From Octopus sinensis (Eukaryota): a DNA stretch of 64,000 nucleotides. The position numbers were made by a program, and so were the translations under genes. Where the stretch lies: the NCBI RefSeq assembly GCF_006345805.1, contig NC_043019.1:30875360-30939359 (forward strand), read 5' to 3'. Below, one piece after another: positions 62,410 through 64,000 of the stretch. Below the pieces are notes generated by a model. It was not told the DNA's origin and searched no databases. It saw only the letters and a list, made by a program, of their open reading frames with translations. Positions within the stretch are counted from its first letter, which is position 1. The number at the start of each line of letters is the position of its first letter.

Positions 62410-62910
62410 CCTAAGGTATTTTTTGATGTTATTATTGTTAGTGTTCAGGTTACTGCTTGGAATTGAACTCGGAATCTTGGGGTTAGTAGACTGCGCTCTT
62501 AACCCCTATGTCATACGGCCATGGGCAATTATGGAGTGAATTTTAGGGCTTATAAATCTAATATTTTTCTATCTTTCCTTAACACCGGTTCCCATATGCT
62601 GCTCATATCTGCATCATCATTATCATTGTTCGACCGTGGTCGAGACAATGGAATTTACCATGCTACGCCAGACTTCACGGTCTATCATGGCATTACGGAG
62701 GTCCTGTTGCTGGATGCCTGTATCCCTGGAGATTACATCAGGGTAGGAGAATGTGTGCCCTCTGGTATTGTGAGTAGATGGCTTCCAGAGGAGAAGAGTA
62801 GAAATTACTTCTTTTTCAGCTCTACAACAATGTCCAGCAAACTGGACTCTCCTACCTTTCACAAGAGATGATACTCATATCTGCCCTCGGTCTGCTTAGC
62901 GAGGTTGTAG
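62410..62910 (-). mobile_element. Penelope-like tRNA element, copy 3, interrupted by an RTE fragment
   Basis: Reverse complement of ~45215-45415; hammerhead portion missing. Confidence 0.7.
62613..62873 (-). mobile_element. RTE-group LINE 3' fragment with 11-bp TSD
   Basis: RRVQFAGHCCR..LLLWKP..RG..YPD..D..AMIDREVWR; (TGA)n tail; TSD CTCATATCTGC at 62602-62612 and 62874-62884. Confidence 0.88.
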
Positions 62911-63346
62911 GTAAATAAATTAAATGTTTGATTTTAGTAATATTTAAGCCTATTTAAGTAAAATGTTTCCTTTGTTATATTTTTGAAGAAAAATATTTTC
63001 CTTTACTTTTAATTTTCGTTTAGTTAACTGTTTGTCATTTCATTTTACTGTCAGGTAAATCCAAGTTTCTCTCAAATAAATGCAGAAATAAACAAAAATG
63101 AATCTCTATTTCAAAAATCTTAAAACAATTTTTCTTTGATACCTGGGAATTTGTGATAAAGCATCAGATTGCTTTTATCAAATTTTATATTTATCTGCAA
63201 TATTTTGAGCTCTTTTCTTTATTTTAGGCTTACTTCTTGGGTGAAAGATGGCTGATCAGTTTTGAATGGCATGGCTTATTTGAATATATTTTACTTAATA
63301 GGCAACACGTTCAAATTTTATTTTAGCTGCAATATTTCAAGTCTTT

Positions 63347-63565
63347 AAGGCGGTGAGCTGGCAGAAATGTTAGCACGCCGGGCGAAATGCCTAGCGATAT
63401 TTCGTCTGCCATTACGTTCTGTGTTCAAATTCTACCGAAGTTGACTTTGTCTTTCATCCTTTCGGGGCCAATACATTAAGTACCAGTTGTGTACTGGGGT
63501 CGGTCTAATCGACTGGCGCCCCCTGCCCCAAAATTTCAGACCTTGTGCCTAGAGTAGAAAAGAAT
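63347..63565 (+). mobile_element. SINE family B (alternative CCTTGTGCCTAGAGTAGAAAAG tail)
   Basis: Matches 52285-52502 and 31965-32165. Confidence 0.88.
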
Positions 63566-64000
63566 GCTTAGCAGTATTTTGTCTGCTGGGGTCGACTTTG
63601 TCTTTCATCCTTTCGGGGCTAATAAATTAAGTACCAGTTGCATACTTAATGCTAAGCATTTCGCCCAGGGTGCTAATGATTCTGCCAGCATGCTGCCTTT
63701 CCAAGCATGGTAATATTTCTTTATGACCAGGTAAGTTTTTTATAGAAGAATGGAAACAAACAATGCCACTTGTACAACAGTGATACTTGTTTACAACTAT
63801 CACATGATATCAAAATAAGGGTGTAAACAAACATACACATGCATACATATACATATATATGATGGGCTTCTTTTAGTTTCCATCAACCAAATCCACTCAC
63901 AGGTCTTTGGTCACCCTCGGACCATAGTAAATTAGAAGACACTTGCTTCAGGTGCCGCACAGTAGGACTGAACCCAAAACCACATGGTTGTGAAGCAAGC

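Overview
AT-rich, repeat-saturated eukaryotic DNA, most likely a large intron or intergenic region of a coleoid cephalopod (Octopus-like), judged from SINE families I recognise; it is not prokaryotic and has no CRISPR array. No complete host gene is present. One 54-nt exon with good splice signals sits on the minus strand (3765-3818), and weaker first-exon candidates lie upstream. The rest is mostly four SINE-type families, CR1-group, RTE and R4/Dong LINE fragments, mariner, piggyBac, hAT, Merlin-like and MULE DNA-transposon relics, two minisatellites and long microsatellites. Most long ORFs in the track are microsatellite artefacts. Top observations: (1) a Penelope-like terminal-repeat element with a tRNA-type Pol III promoter directly upstream of a minimal type I hammerhead ribozyme (11041-11086, three copies in the window); (2) a second, unrelated Penelope-like inverted repeat carrying its own hammerhead (49350-49402); (3) a ~555-bp non-coding element found only inside (TAA)n tracts, co-oriented with a Dong/R4 restriction-like-endonuclease retrotransposon in the same tract, suggesting an autonomous/non-autonomous microsatellite-targeting pair. 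Coordinates were read by eye and may be off by a few bases.
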